DNA from: a virus
DNA: 64,000 nucleotides
Reading direction: 5' to 3' (one strand)
IMG/VR virus record: IMGVR_UViG_3300026544_000002
Span: 1-64,000 of that record
In this document: piece by piece, positions 28,231 through 38,648 of the stretch
Numbering within the stretch: the first letter of the stretch is position 1
Layout of the letters: every line of letters begins with the position of its first letter
Made by a program: the position numbers and the translations under genes
Notes under the pieces: generated by a model
Told to the model about the DNA's origin: nothing
Database searches by the model: none
What the model saw: only the letters and a program-made list of their open reading frames with translations

Positions 28231-31005
28231 ATGCCAAAATTACTGAATAGAAATTTCGCCAAAGATTTACCTGAAATAACAACATCTAATTATTTTGAAA
28301 AGAAAAAAAGATATCATAAAGATGGTTTGTTTTCTGAACATATATTTGGATTGTCAAACAATTATACTTGTCGATGTGGTATTTATCATGGCAAACATGC
28401 CGAAGGACAAAAAAGCAAATGTGGTGGGAAATTTTGTACTGATTTAGAAATTACAAACAGCATAAAACGACGAAGACAATTTGCAAAAATCACTTTACCA
28501 ATACCTTTGCTGAATAGAACATATTTGGCATTAGTAAAAAGAACTTTACCTGTAACGGAAAAAGAATTATTTGATGATGTAAATAAATTGATGAAATCTC
28601 ATAGGACAATTCTATTAAAATATGATGATGAATATATGATAAAATCATTAGATGAAGAAGAAAATATAAATGAATTGAAATATGAATTTTGGCAAATGCA
28701 TGAAGCAGTTGAAAAATTAATTAGACATGTTATAACCATTTATATTACAATTGATCCAACAAATGAAGATTATAAAATGTTGCTTAAACAATTAGAAGAA
28801 CAATTGTTTATGTATGAAGTAATTGTTATACCTCCTTCAATGAGACCTATTTCTCAAATAAATCCAACAACAAACTCCGTTGATCAGTTAAACCAATTCT
28901 ATTATCAATTATTAGTAAAAAAAGAAATTATGGCAGCTGGTGATATTGATGTAACCCGTCATATGAAAATTTATCAGCAATATTATATGCAATTTCAAAA
29001 AACAGTTGATGATATGTTTGATTATGTAATAAATGCTGTTTCTAAAAAAGAAGGATTGATTCGTGGGAATATTTTAGGAAAACGAATTGATTTTTCAGGA
29101 AGAGCTGTTATTGCGCCATCACCGACAATTGAATTAGATGAATGCATATTACCATATCGAATGGTATTAGAATTATATAAAATTCCTATTGCTAAGAAAT
29201 TGATTGAAAAAGGATATTTTAAATTTATCCATTCTGCACTAGAACGAGTCGAATCATGTCAATTTTATAATGATCCACAATTGATTGAAGTTTGTAGATC
29301 GGTTATTGGTGAAGATGTATGTTTACTTAATAGACAACCTAGTCTTCATAAATTGAGTTTGGTTGCATTTAAAATAAAAGTTGAACCTGTTGATGTTATT
29401 TATATTCATCCAATGGTTTGTCGTGGTTTCAATGCTGATTTTGATGGCGATGCAATGGCAGTATATCTTCCTGTTACAGAAGAATCACAAGCAGAAGCTA
29501 AATCACAAGCATTATCAACAAATTGTTTGTTAAATCCAACTGATATGAAAATAACTACGACTCCTAGCCAAGAAATGGTTTTAGGATTGTATATGTTAAG
29601 TACAATTTCTAAAGGAAAATATGCAAAGAAAGTTTTATATAAAGGTGAAGAAATAACAGAAGGAATGAAAATAATTAATGAATGTTTTCCAGATGATTTT
29701 CCTTTGATTAACAAACCAGTAACATCTGATGTTATTCGACAATATATTTATAATTCGTTTAATTTATATAATGGTGATATTAAAAATATTTTAGATAATA
29801 TCAAAACTGTTGGATTTGTTTATGCTACTTTGATTGGACATACGATTTCTTTACAAGGAATGTTATCACAAACTAAATTACGTGATGAAATATATGCACT
29901 TCCAAAAGTAACTGATCAAATTAAAGAAATAACAGGTGATAGAGTTTCTAAATTTTTGAAAGAACATTTTAAATATACTGATATGATAGAATCAGGAGCA
30001 AGAGGAAGTTGGGATCAAGCTCGACAATTAATTCTTTCTCGTGGATTTATTTCTAACTTCAAAGGAAATATATTAACAACTCCTATTGAAAATTCATTTG
30101 TTGATGGATTAACACCAATGGAATTTTTTACATCATCTTTTGGTTGTAGGAAAGGATTATTAGATGTTGCTGTTAAAACATCATTTTCTGGATATCTTTT
30201 TAGAAAATTTACATTTGCTTGTTCGAATTTGATGTTAGATCATGATAATGAAGATTGTGGAACAGATCAATATGTTTCTATTTATATTTCTGATATCAAA
30301 AAAGCACAATCTATAAATGGAAGATGGGTTACATTAGAACCTAATGATCATGAATCATTATTCATGGTAGAACCGTCTAATATGAAAAGAATCATTGGAA
30401 AAAAGATTTTCATGAGAAGTCCAATGTATTGCAAAACTGAAAAAATTTGTAAAAAATGTTATGGTGAATTATATAGATATTTAAACAAAAGTCGATTTAT
30501 TGGTTCTATTGCTGCTCAAGCATTAGGAGAATCAAATACACAAATGGTTTTGAGAACATTTCATACATCTGGTGTTGCCTCTATTGATGAAAATTCTATC
30601 AACGAATCAGGTGAAATGGAACAAAAAGATATTGTTGGTGCATTAGCATTAATTTCTAAATTAGTTCACATTTATGAAAAAGATAAAAATGCGGATGATT
30701 TGGTGTCTGATCTTTTTGAAATTTATTCTAAAGATAGATTCTTTATGCATGTTCATTTTGAATGTTTGGTTTCACAATTAATGTGGTATAACGATAAACA
30801 GAAATGGAGAACTGTAGAAAATCGTCATGAAAAACCATACCAGATGAAATCAATTGTAGCGATTCCGTCATTAGAAAGTTGGATAATGGGAATTTCTTTT
30901 TCAAATACTAAAAAAGAATTAATTAATAGTATGTTACAATCTGGAATATATTCAGGGGGTGTCATAGATAAAATAATGTGCGGTGTTTCATATAAAAACA
31001 TTTAA
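28231..31005 (+). CDS. phage multisubunit RNA polymerase, beta'-like subunit (unsplit)
   Basis: DGLFSEHIFG, Zn-finger CRCG…C…C, GNILGKRIDFSGRAVI, LNRQPSLH, catalytic NADFDGD, bridge helix RKGLLDVAVKTSFSGYLFRK, trigger loop QMVLRTFH. Confidence 0.96.
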   Translation: MPKLLNRNFAKDLPEITTSNYFEKKKRYHKDGLFSEHIFGLSNNYTCRCGIYHGKHAEGQKSKCGGKFCTDLEITNSIKRRRQFAKITLPIPLLNRTYLALVKRTLPVTEKELFDDVNKLMKSHRTILLKYDDEYMIKSLDEEENINELKYEFWQMHEAVEKLIRHVITIYITIDPTNEDYKMLLKQLEEQLFMYEVIVIPPSMRPISQINPTTNSVDQLNQFYYQLLVKKEIMAAGDIDVTRHMKIYQQYYMQFQKTVDDMFDYVINAVSKKEGLIRGNILGKRIDFSGRAVIAPSPTIELDECILPYRMVLELYKIPIAKKLIEKGYFKFIHSALERVESCQFYNDPQLIEVCRSVIGEDVCLLNRQPSLHKLSLVAFKIKVEPVDVIYIHPMVCRGFNADFDGDAMAVYLPVTEESQAEAKSQALSTNCLLNPTDMKITTTPSQEMVLGLYMLSTISKGKYAKKVLYKGEEITEGMKIINECFPDDFPLINKPVTSDVIRQYIYNSFNLYNGDIKNILDNIKTVGFVYATLIGHTISLQGMLSQTKLRDEIYALPKVTDQIKEITGDRVSKFLKEHFKYTDMIESGARGSWDQARQLILSRGFISNFKGNILTTPIENSFVDGLTPMEFFTSSFGCRKGLLDVAVKTSFSGYLFRKFTFACSNLMLDHDNEDCGTDQYVSIYISDIKKAQSINGRWVTLEPNDHESLFMVEPSNMKRIIGKKIFMRSPMYCKTEKICKKCYGELYRYLNKSRFIGSIAAQALGESNTQMVLRTFHTSGVASIDENSINESGEMEQKDIVGALALISKLVHIYEKDKNADDLVSDLFEIYSKDRFFMHVHFECLVSQLMWYNDKQKWRTVENRHEKPYQMKSIVAIPSLESWIMGISFSNTKKELINSMLQSGIYSGGVIDKIMCGVSYKNI

Positions 31006-31025
31006 AAGAAAAAGGAATATAATAC

Positions 31026-34000
31026 ATGTATCCGAATAATCCAACATTGCGCTTACCAGATAGAAATATATTTAATATACGACAAGAAAATTATAATCAA
31101 TTAATGGAAGATATTGAAGAAATGTTAAAAGTTCCATTAAAATATGGATTTGAAATTGAAAAATTTGAAAAAGTAAACACTCGATACCACGGAAATAATT
31201 TAATAAATACAGTAAAAGAAAATATTGTACTTAAATTATCAAAGGGTGGAAAAATAATTGATCTATCAATGCAGATTCCAAAATTAATTGATGGACAGTG
31301 GTTCATAATAAATAAAAGAAAGAAAATTCCAAAATATCAATTATATGATATTCCTATTTTAACATTCAATACTCCAAAAAATAAAGAAATACGAATACAA
31401 ACAAATATTGGTAGAATTTCTGTATTTTGGAAACATAAAAAGAAAAATAAATTTGATTTCTTTGTTACATTGTCAGCATTTGGTAGAAGTATTCCATTTG
31501 CTATCGTGTTAAATGCTTTCTATGGACCTGATATTGTAAAAGAAAAATTTCTTTCAGATATAAATGAGAGAGATATTTTATCAAATGAAAAATTATCAGT
31601 ATTACAATTGTTACAATTAGATTTATTGAATTTAACAAATGATAAAATAACGAAAAAAGACTTTATACATAATATTGGATTAACTTTTTCTGAAAGAAAT
31701 CCTAATGACAAAAGTGCTGATTATATGTTTTCTTTAGAAAACATTCTTAACATTGATGTTATGACAAAAAGATTTATCGAAGAAGAAAATGTTATAGAAT
31801 GTTTGTTAAATATTATAGTTAATGATTTATGGATCAATGATTTAAATTATACAAATAAAAGAATCAGATGTTTTGAATATGCTGTATTACAATATTTCAT
31901 AATAAATATTTATAAATTATGTGTTAATTGTAGAAATGAAACAAAACCAAAATTTAATGTATCTAAAACAAAAATTTTAGGAGACAGCAATACTTCTGAA
32001 ATTATTCAATTTGATTTTAGTATAAATCCAATAGATCAGATTGCTCAGATTGCTCAGATTTCATTAACAGGTCCAAATGGATTCAAAAAGAAATCTGTAC
32101 CAACTAAATTAAGAGATTTAGATAGAACAATGACAGGTAAAATTTGTCCAGTTGATACTCCTGATAGAGAAAATTGTGGTGTTGTTCAAAATCTTGTACC
32201 AACTGCTAGATTTGATGATAGATTTAAATTTATTGATGATATTACAGAAAATGGTGCTATAACTTCTATTCCTATCACAATGATTCCATTTTTAGAACAC
32301 ACTGATCAGACACGCTTACAAATGGCATCTGGACAAATGAAACAATCTATTCTTTTGAAGAATTTTCATGTTCCTTTGATCTGTTCTGGTGCTGAAAAAA
32401 GTTTTTCTGAACATAGTAGTTTTTTATATAAAGCCAAAGAAGATGGTGAAGTGATTTTTATTAATAAAAATCATATGATAATTGGATATAAATCTGGTGA
32501 AGTATGTGTATATGATATTGGGGTCATCCCGATAACATCAGAAAATATGAATGTTATGATGACTGATCTGAAAAAAGGGGATAATATATCAAAAGGACAA
32601 GTAATCACATATAGTGTGTTTTGTCAAAATGAAGGTATCACAATTGGTCAAAATTTCAAAATAGCGTTCATGTCATATTATGGATATAATCATGAAGACG
32701 GAATAGTAATTTCTGATAGATTGGTCAAAGATGGTTGTCTAACATCTTTGCATTATGTTGATATGTCATTTAATATTTCTCCTACAAAAGTATTGTTAGA
32801 TTTACCAAATAATGATAGTGATAAATATTTACCACTATATCCTGTTGGAACATCTTTACAGAAAGGTGATGTATATGCCATTTTGAAAGAAATGTATTTA
32901 TTTGGTGCTATGAAAAATAATTCTTATAATATTTTTGAAGATAGTATGGAGAAAATTGCAAAATATGATTTATTAATTGAAGATATTACAATATATGCAA
33001 ATGAATGGTACACAGATTTAAAAGAATATGATAATTGGGTAAAAAGTAAAATTGATGAACAAATAAATAAAGATAATGCTATTATAAATGCTATTGTATC
33101 TAATACTGACAAAAAAGATGCGAAACGAATTATTACAGAAAATAATTTAGATTCTCATAGTCATCCTGGTAAATATAAAAACAAAGATGAATTAATTAAA
33201 GGAATTCGTATTGATATAAATGGTGTATACGAAAGACCAATTCAAATTGGTGATAAATTGGCAAATAGACATGGAAATAAAGGGGTAATAACTGTTATAA
33301 AAAAACATGATCAAATGCCACGATTACCAGATGGTTCTCATATAGACATATGTTTAAATCCAGTTGGTGTTATATCTCGTATGAATACTGGTCAGTTATT
33401 TGAATTATCTCTTAGTAAATCATTAGTTGATTTGAAAAATAATATGAAAAAAATGTTGGATGAATCTGTTGATCAGCATGATATTAAGAAATATTTTATA
33501 GATTATTTACATATAGCAGATAAAACATCTGAAAAATGGATTGTTAGTTATGTGAAAAATAATTTACCCAAAGTAATCAATCATGATTATATTGACAAAA
33601 TATATCTCATTCAGCCAATGTTTGCTTCTATTAATAACCAAGATTTGCATAAATTAATGAAATACACAGGAACAAATTTTGAAGAAAAAATATATGATCC
33701 TGTATCTGGTGAATATGTTATTAATGAAATAGCCACTGGTTATATGTATCTTATGAAATTGATTCATATAGCAGAAAAGAAATTAGCTTTTCGAAGTATT
33801 GGTATAACATCACAAAAAACTATGCAACCTGTCGCAGGTAAAGTAAATAACGGTGGTCAGAAATGTGGTGAAATGGAAAGTATTTGTTTAGTATCGAATG
33901 ATATGCCAATCAATCAACATGAATTTTATACAACAAAATCAGATTGTGTTGATGGAAAAAATAATTTTCTTAAAAAAGCAATTGGTACTGATTATCTCGA

Positions 34001-34094
34001 TTTAGAAGAAAATCCAGATATGGAATCAGAAACTTTGAAATTATTTAAGGCATATATGATGACTATAGGTCTTGATATAAATGGGGAAATATAA
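31026..34094 (+). CDS. phage multisubunit RNA polymerase, beta-like subunit (unsplit)
   Basis: ICPVDTPDRENCG, PFLEHTDQTRLQMASGQMKQS, GYNHEDGIVIS, GDKLANRHGNKGVI, SRMNTGQ, GGQKCGEME. Confidence 0.96.
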   Translation: MYPNNPTLRLPDRNIFNIRQENYNQLMEDIEEMLKVPLKYGFEIEKFEKVNTRYHGNNLINTVKENIVLKLSKGGKIIDLSMQIPKLIDGQWFIINKRKKIPKYQLYDIPILTFNTPKNKEIRIQTNIGRISVFWKHKKKNKFDFFVTLSAFGRSIPFAIVLNAFYGPDIVKEKFLSDINERDILSNEKLSVLQLLQLDLLNLTNDKITKKDFIHNIGLTFSERNPNDKSADYMFSLENILNIDVMTKRFIEEENVIECLLNIIVNDLWINDLNYTNKRIRCFEYAVLQYFIINIYKLCVNCRNETKPKFNVSKTKILGDSNTSEIIQFDFSINPIDQIAQIAQISLTGPNGFKKKSVPTKLRDLDRTMTGKICPVDTPDRENCGVVQNLVPTARFDDRFKFIDDITENGAITSIPITMIPFLEHTDQTRLQMASGQMKQSILLKNFHVPLICSGAEKSFSEHSSFLYKAKEDGEVIFINKNHMIIGYKSGEVCVYDIGVIPITSENMNVMMTDLKKGDNISKGQVITYSVFCQNEGITIGQNFKIAFMSYYGYNHEDGIVISDRLVKDGCLTSLHYVDMSFNISPTKVLLDLPNNDSDKYLPLYPVGTSLQKGDVYAILKEMYLFGAMKNNSYNIFEDSMEKIAKYDLLIEDITIYANEWYTDLKEYDNWVKSKIDEQINKDNAIINAIVSNTDKKDAKRIITENNLDSHSHPGKYKNKDELIKGIRIDINGVYERPIQIGDKLANRHGNKGVITVIKKHDQMPRLPDGSHIDICLNPVGVISRMNTGQLFELSLSKSLVDLKNNMKKMLDESVDQHDIKKYFIDYLHIADKTSEKWIVSYVKNNLPKVINHDYIDKIYLIQPMFASINNQDLHKLMKYTGTNFEEKIYDPVSGEYVINEIATGYMYLMKLIHIAEKKLAFRSIGITSQKTMQPVAGKVNNGGQKCGEMESICLVSNDMPINQHEFYTTKSDCVDGKNNFLKKAIGTDYLDLEENPDMESETLKLFKAYMMTIGLDINGEI

Positions 34095-34959
34095 AATGTT
34101 TGATGCTGATCTTCCAGATGTACAAGAAGCATACAAGCCAGAATATGAAATTTATCTACCAAAAGTGGGAGTTGAAAATATCAAACTTCCATTTAAATTA
34201 TTATTACGAAATTTAAAAAATCGAGATTTGATTGCTAATACATCGATATCAACAGATTTAGATAAAGAAAAGAAAGGTATTTCAATGTCTAGACTGTTGT
34301 TATCGATACAAGATTTATTGAATTATGGTTTGAATTGGGATATTATCAAACAATGTTTATATAATATTTCTGATGCAATTGGCAGTGCAAATAGTCATAT
34401 TAAATTTGATTTTGAATTACCGATTGATAAAATCTCACCATTATCGGGTCATATATTTCCATTATTTTATAAATGTTATTTTGAAGGATATAAACATAAT
34501 TCAAAATATACATTCAATCAATCAGTTATAGTGCAGTATTCATCATACTGTCCTTGTTCAGCTGCTCTATCTGATGATTTAATAAAAAATGGATTTTCTC
34601 AAGGATTCCCACATGCACAACGATCTTTTGTAAAAATTATTGTTGATATGGATTTACAAAATAAAAAACATATATGGTTAGAAGATATTATTGACATTGT
34701 TAATGATAATATTCATACACAACCATACCCAATTATAAAAAGAATAGATGAACAAGAATTAGCCAAAGTTGCATCAAATAACCCATTATTTGTGGAAGAT
34801 GCTATTAGAATAATTTCCTATCATTTAGAGAAATTGGTAGGAAATGGAATAAACGATTGGATTGTAAAATGTAAACATGAAGAATCTATTCATACACATG
34901 AAGCAATTGCAATTAATTTTTCAAAAGTTGTTAACGGTTTTCGTTATAACGACATTTAA
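34081..34959 (+). CDS. folE2: GTP cyclohydrolase IB (FolE2)
   Basis: DLPDVQ, KGISMSR, YCPCS, PHAQRS, KRIDE, FVEDAIR, EESIHTH. Confidence 0.92.
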   Translation: MGKYKMFDADLPDVQEAYKPEYEIYLPKVGVENIKLPFKLLLRNLKNRDLIANTSISTDLDKEKKGISMSRLLLSIQDLLNYGLNWDIIKQCLYNISDAIGSANSHIKFDFELPIDKISPLSGHIFPLFYKCYFEGYKHNSKYTFNQSVIVQYSSYCPCSAALSDDLIKNGFSQGFPHAQRSFVKIIVDMDLQNKKHIWLEDIIDIVNDNIHTQPYPIIKRIDEQELAKVASNNPLFVEDAIRIISYHLEKLVGNGINDWIVKCKHEESIHTHEAIAINFSKVVNGFRYNDI

Positions 34960-34986
34960 AAACAAAAAACATAGAGGAGATTTAAA

Positions 34987-35811
34987 ATGGATTTGGATTT
35001 GACCAGTATGATTGAAAATTCAATAAAAGATGATTCTGTAGAAGAAACTATTGTAGACGAAAATATTGCTGATAATGAAATGGTTGATATGATTTCTCCT
35101 AATCCTGATATTGATCACATGAAAATGATCAATGAGGATGAAACATATTCAAATGATGAACAACAAGATGCATCATCTGATGTTGATTCTTATATTGCAA
35201 ATGTAGTTGATTTTAAGAAAAATATTTCTGATAATATTAATAATTTACAATTTACAAAATGTTTAACTATTACGTCTGACGATATTTCAAATGAAGATGG
35301 GATAGTCATATTAAAATCAACAGAAGATTCAAAAAGTATTATTCAATTATATAAAAATATGAATAATTATAATGTATTTGATCATGAAGTTGATTATATG
35401 AAATTATGTGGTGAAAATGGTTTTATGATTAAATATAAATCTATTGATAATTATCATTGGAAACTATATGGAACAAAATCTTCCATATGTGTTACGATGT
35501 TCATAGAAGTTGATGAAAATCAATATCCAATTTATCATAGAAAATTTACAAAAACTAAATTCGATAAAGTAGAATTACCTGAAAATTTCTATTTGATGTC
35601 AGTTGATGAATATCGAGAAAAATTAGAAGATGATAGTAATTTCGATATCGAATCATGTTGTATTTATTATCCACCTTTATATAAAAAGATGGATGAATTG
35701 ATTACTAAAAAAATAGTAATGCAAAAATTACATGATATTTTAGTTAAAACATATGATATTGCACACTGTATCAAAATATTTAATGCAATGACATATATTA
35801 TTAATATGTAA
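34987..35811 (+). CDS. hypothetical protein with acidic N-terminus
   Basis: GAGGAG RBS. Confidence 0.75.
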   Translation: MDLDLTSMIENSIKDDSVEETIVDENIADNEMVDMISPNPDIDHMKMINEDETYSNDEQQDASSDVDSYIANVVDFKKNISDNINNLQFTKCLTITSDDISNEDGIVILKSTEDSKSIIQLYKNMNNYNVFDHEVDYMKLCGENGFMIKYKSIDNYHWKLYGTKSSICVTMFIEVDENQYPIYHRKFTKTKFDKVELPENFYLMSVDEYREKLEDDSNFDIESCCIYYPPLYKKMDELITKKIVMQKLHDILVKTYDIAHCIKIFNAMTYIINM

Positions 35812-35817
35812 TTTAAT

Positions 35818-35862
35818 TTGAGGAAAGATTATCTATTTTATATGTAGATAATCTTTCCTCAA
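35818..35862. repeat. perfect 18-bp inverted repeat without U-tract
   Basis: TTGAGGAAAGATTATCTA-9nt-TAGATAATCTTTCCTCAA. Confidence 0.85.
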
Positions 35863-35871
35863 GGATTATTT

Positions 35872-36612
35872 ATGATCAATAATAGGAAGAAACATCAATA
35901 TATCTATAAGAATATATATTCTTATGATATTCCATCATGTCATTATAATATATTGAAAAATAGTGGTTATGATGTGAGTCATATTGATCCTGTTGATAAA
36001 TTTGAAAGAAATAAAGCAATTGGATTAATGATGAGAAATGATTCAGAATTAACAAAATTTCTTAGAAAAACAACAAAAGAAATTATTGATTTCTATATTT
36101 CTAATAATATGTTAGCACCATCTGATATCTTATTACGACAATATGATGGTTTTTATTCGACTAAATCTTTAGATGTTTCTCTTAGAAATGATTTTCCTGC
36201 TAAATTAGAATTTAAAAATTTATATGATATTTTTATTTTTTCTATAAACATGAAAATGTATCTAGGGATAGATTGTTATAACGATTCATTATTAATGAAA
36301 GGTATTCCTGCTAGATATGATGAAATTGATAATTTATATAAAAAAATTCTAAATATTAATTTTTTAGATATAAAGAGTATTATAAATTCTTTGAAAAAAT
36401 ATAAAGATTATATAATGACCACTAATAAAATAAATTTATTTATGATTCCAATAGATGATAATAAAATAAAATTATTTTTGAAAGATATTGGTGAAATTAA
36501 TATAAGTAAAAAAACAATGGATATGATTGATGATGATGAAATAGACAGAAAAAAATATTTTCAAATTTATTTCGAACCTTTTTTCAAAGCAATTATATAT
36601 GAAACATTTTGA
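35872..36612 (+). CDS. possible divergent, minimal family-B-like polymerase palm protein
   Basis: IYSYDIPSCHYNIL (motif A-like), LLRQYDGFY (motif C-like), LLMKGI; only 246 aa. Confidence 0.45.
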   Translation: MINNRKKHQYIYKNIYSYDIPSCHYNILKNSGYDVSHIDPVDKFERNKAIGLMMRNDSELTKFLRKTTKEIIDFYISNNMLAPSDILLRQYDGFYSTKSLDVSLRNDFPAKLEFKNLYDIFIFSINMKMYLGIDCYNDSLLMKGIPARYDEIDNLYKKILNINFLDIKSIINSLKKYKDYIMTTNKINLFMIPIDDNKIKLFLKDIGEINISKKTMDMIDDDEIDRKKYFQIYFEPFFKAIIYETF

Positions 36613-36808
36613 AATAAAAAAATTATCTATATTAATATTTTCATTTATATGGAGATATAGATTAAAAGGAATCCATTGGCATCCAAAAGCTACATATCCA
36701 GCTAAAGTGATAAAAATAAAAGGTTGGCGAACAGCTATTATTGATCCACCTCTTGGTTCTAGAAGAACTGTTACATTCTTGTTTGATATATTTGGGTTTT
36801 ATATTTAA
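36599..36808 (+). CDS. small hypothetical protein
   Basis: ORF overlapping the upstream stop. Confidence 0.45.
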   Translation: MKHFEIKKLSILIFSFIWRYRLKGIHWHPKATYPAKVIKIKGWRTAIIDPPLGSRRTVTFLFDIFGFYI

Positions 36809-36920
36809 AAATATAGGAACATATATATTGAAGAGGATTATAAAGATCCTCATAACCAACCTTAGATCGACTTTAAACAAATTTAGAATTTTAGTCGGTA
36901 ATTCTTTAAAGAGGTGCATC

Positions 36921-37721
36921 ATGATGTATAGTGAAAAATTAGTAGCATGTATCAAAATCAATGGCAAAGTTATTCGTGAAGATGGTGAAAATGTTTATAT
37001 TCCTTTTGGATCGGATTATTCTATTTACTTTAAAAATTTGCATACTGAAAAATGTAAAATATCTGTCACTATCGATGGAGAAAATGTTTTAAATGATGTC
37101 AGTATTTTATTAGGAGCAAAAGAATCTATTGATCTAGAAGGATTTTTACAGAATAATCGTGTGAAAAATAAGTTTAGATTTATAGAAAAAACCCATCAAA
37201 TTTCAAAACATAGAGGTGATAATCCAGAAGATGGATTAATTGTCATTACTTATTGTTTTAACCAACCTATCCAATCTTCTTCTGGTACTGTATGGTATGA
37301 TTCTTCTTACCAATTCGATTTTAATAACCAAAAATTTAACACAGCTGCAAATCCTCTTCTAAACAATATCAATATATGTTCAACAAATAATCATAATCTA
37401 GGCAATTCTTCTAATACTTATTCGTGTAATATAAATTCATGCGAAGTAAAAAGTAGTTATTCTTGTGATCATTCATTAAATGATAAAGGAATAACAGTTA
37501 AAGGAAAAGAAACTGATCAACAATTTAGAAATGATAATTCATTATATTTTTGGGGAACTGATAAAACAATGATTATTCATTTGAAAGGAGATATTGATCA
37601 GAAAAAAATAAATAAAATTGTTACCACTCATAAAAAAATAAAATGTGAAATATGTGGTATACGAAATAAAAGTAATAGTAAATATTGTAGAAATTGTGGT
37701 ACATTTTTATCGATGTATTAA
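36921..37721 (+). CDS. hypothetical protein with C-terminal double zinc ribbon (start ATG 36921)
   Basis: GAGGTG RBS before ATG 36921; CEICG…CRNCG at the C-terminus. Confidence 0.75.
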   Translation: MMYSEKLVACIKINGKVIREDGENVYIPFGSDYSIYFKNLHTEKCKISVTIDGENVLNDVSILLGAKESIDLEGFLQNNRVKNKFRFIEKTHQISKHRGDNPEDGLIVITYCFNQPIQSSSGTVWYDSSYQFDFNNQKFNTAANPLLNNINICSTNNHNLGNSSNTYSCNINSCEVKSSYSCDHSLNDKGITVKGKETDQQFRNDNSLYFWGTDKTMIIHLKGDIDQKKINKIVTTHKKIKCEICGIRNKSNSKYCRNCGTFLSMY

Positions 37722-37740
37722 AATTTTAATATAACAAAGG

Positions 37741-37793
37741 TTTCCTATATATATTCAATATTAATAATGTTGGGTGTATATAGGAAATTTTTT
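37741..37793 (+). terminator. probable terminator hairpin
   Basis: TTTCCTATATA…TATATAGGAAA followed by a T tract. Confidence 0.6.
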
Positions 37794-37820
37794 ACGTTTT
37801 TGAATATTAAAAGGAGATAT

Positions 37821-38030
37821 ATGAAAATAATATGTACAAAAAGAAATTGTGGTGGTCATATGAAAATAGGAATCGCCATTCAAAATACTTTTGTAGGAAT
37901 ACCAGATTTTATTGGAGATGATAGAATAGTAACAATGTCATATGGTGGAAGTGGAAAATTGATAACATGTTATAAATGTCCAAAATGTGGACATTCTGTG
38001 TATCGTTTTAAGGAGAAAAAGAAAATATGA
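37821..38030 (+). CDS. small Zn-ribbon protein (start ATG 37821)
   Basis: AAGGAG RBS; CTKRNC…CPKCGH. Confidence 0.7.
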   Translation: MKIICTKRNCGGHMKIGIAIQNTFVGIPDFIGDDRIVTMSYGGSGKLITCYKCPKCGHSVYRFKEKKKI

Positions 38031-38644
38031 AATTAATTACTATGATGGAAGCAGGTAAAATTTTAAATGTATTACCACAAACCGTTTCAAATAGTATAAA
38101 ACCTGATGCAACACAAAAAAGTGGAAAAGGTGGACCCCCTACCACTTTATATTATTTACATAGAATATTAGAATTGAAGGAAAAAAAACTAGAAAAAAAA
38201 AGAAAAACAGCAGAAAGAAGAGAATATATTTTATCACATATCAAAAAACCCGAACCTGCTGATGAATGGTTTGATAGGATTGAAGCAGAAGAATTATTTC
38301 CTTCTGTAAAAGGATTTTTAACAAACAATGCCGATTTTCGTTTAGTTACATATAAAAAATTAGCTATCAAATTATATCACATTGATGAAATAGAAAAAAT
38401 AGCAAAACAAGATTCTAAAGAATTATATAGAAAAAGTAGAAAAGAATTATTAGAAGATCCATTTGGTGTTATGATAAAACCAAAAAAACAAAAAAGAAAG
38501 TGTCCTAGACGTGGACCTACTTGTTTAGTTGAATTAGAAGAGGGACAATATATGTGCAAAAATTGTAAACCAGAAAATCAAATAAATGAAAATTTATTTG
38601 ATGCATATGAAGCATATGGGGAAATAAACGTAAAGGGAATATAA
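38027..38644 (+). CDS. putative DNA-binding protein (N-terminal HTH-like, C-terminal Cys cluster)
   Basis: ITMMEAGKILNVLPQTVSN is excisionase/MerR-like; CPRRGPTC…CKNC. Confidence 0.55.
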   Translation: MKLITMMEAGKILNVLPQTVSNSIKPDATQKSGKGGPPTTLYYLHRILELKEKKLEKKRKTAERREYILSHIKKPEPADEWFDRIEAEELFPSVKGFLTNNADFRLVTYKKLAIKLYHIDEIEKIAKQDSKELYRKSRKELLEDPFGVMIKPKKQKRKCPRRGPTCLVELEEGQYMCKNCKPENQINENLFDAYEAYGEINVKGI

Positions 38645-38648
38645 AAAC

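Noticed and set aside
28231-34094. Cellular rpoB/rpoC locus (bacterial chromosome)
   Set aside because: Order is reversed, subunits are short and divergent, no ribosomal protein genes flank them, and terminase and baseplate genes share the contig
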